Positions 63,458 to 64,000 of a DNA stretch of 64,000 bases are shown in pieces (position 1 is the first letter of the stretch; each line of letters opens with the position of its first letter). The DNA is taken from positions 1,929-65,928 of IMG/VR virus record IMGVR_UViG_2883713342_000004; one strand, written 5' to 3'. Both the position numbers and the translations under genes were made by a program. The stretch is from a virus (lineage: Duplodnaviria > Caudoviricetes). Under the pieces are notes generated by a model. It was given only the letters and a program-made list of their open reading frames with translations. It had not been told where the DNA came from and ran no database searches.

Positions 63458-64000
63458 ATGGCGAACTGCCAGTCCTGCAACTCCGAAATATCCCCCGGGA
63501 GCCGCTGGTGCTCCATCTGCCACACCAACCTTAAAGATCCTTTAATCGGCCGACTCGCTTCCCCAGGAAGACGCCTTGGCGCCTATTTTTTAGATGTGAT
63601 AATATTTGGGTGTTTAATTGGGTTTTCGATAGTACCGGTCGCCGGAATAATTGCCCATGAAGAATTATCCGACAACCAGGTCATTGCTGTGCTTATCTGT
63701 GGAATGTTGTTTTTTGCTGCGGTTCTTTGGACACTCATATTGTTTAGAAACGGGCTGACCCCTGGTAAGAAATTCCTTGGCATTAAGGTTATCAAAGAGG
63801 ATTGCGGCCGCGCTGGCTTTATTACCATGCTGATACGGGAGGTGATCGGTAAATCAATATCGAGCCTAATTTTTTCTTTGGGATTTTTATGGATACTTTT
63901 TGACCGTGATAATCAAGGCTGGCACGACAAATTAATGAACACCTATGTAATACAACCGGACAATCAAAAACAGCTCGTCAAAGCTCAAGATAGTATTTAA
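63458..64000 (+). CDS. RDD-family membrane protein with N-terminal Zn ribbon
   Basis: RRLGAYFLD...TPGKKFLGIKV...RE...QGWHDKL; CxxC x2. Confidence 0.88.
   Translation: MANCQSCNSEISPGSRWCSICHTNLKDPLIGRLASPGRRLGAYFLDVIIFGCLIGFSIVPVAGIIAHEELSDNQVIAVLICGMLFFAAVLWTLILFRNGLTPGKKFLGIKVIKEDCGRAGFITMLIREVIGKSISSLIFSLGFLWILFDRDNQGWHDKLMNTYVIQPDNQKQLVKAQDSI

Larger units (their letters stand above)
20553..64000 (-). mobile_element. Mu-like transposable prophage 2 with contractile tail (left end beyond window)
   Basis: Repressor, MuA, MuB, Gam, GemA, lysis, terminase, head, sheath/tube, baseplate and methylase genes in Mu-like order. Confidence 0.92.

Overview
The window is dominated by two Mu-like (DDE-transposase) prophages, both oriented on the minus strand, set in an AT-rich accessory region. 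That region holds an IS4-family element running off the left edge, integron-cassette-like genes with degenerate attC sites, and a two-gene operon encoding an NdpA/YejK-like protein and a RelA/SpoT small alarmone synthetase. Prophage 1 (~3126-17434) is a headless remnant: an internal deletion fuses its MuA-like transposase in frame to a gp37-like tail gene, leaving repressor/early genes, a non-contractile-type tail module and a terminal D12-class DNA adenine methylase. Prophage 2 (~20553 to beyond 64000) looks complete within the window: repressor, Ner/CII-like, MuA, MuB, Gam, GemA, lysis, terminase, head, contractile tail and baseplate genes, and a second methylase. The most unusual signal is in the tail-fibre slot of prophage 2, where seven of nine consecutive genes encode fibre/spike/lectin-like proteins with canonical Sec/SPase I signal peptides and short three-fold repeated terminal peptides. 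This suggests tail appendages that are exported and assembled outside the cytoplasm. Both prophages also share a covarying structured antisense RNA between a small membrane-protein gene and the methylase. All family names are motif and synteny recognitions by eye, not database results.
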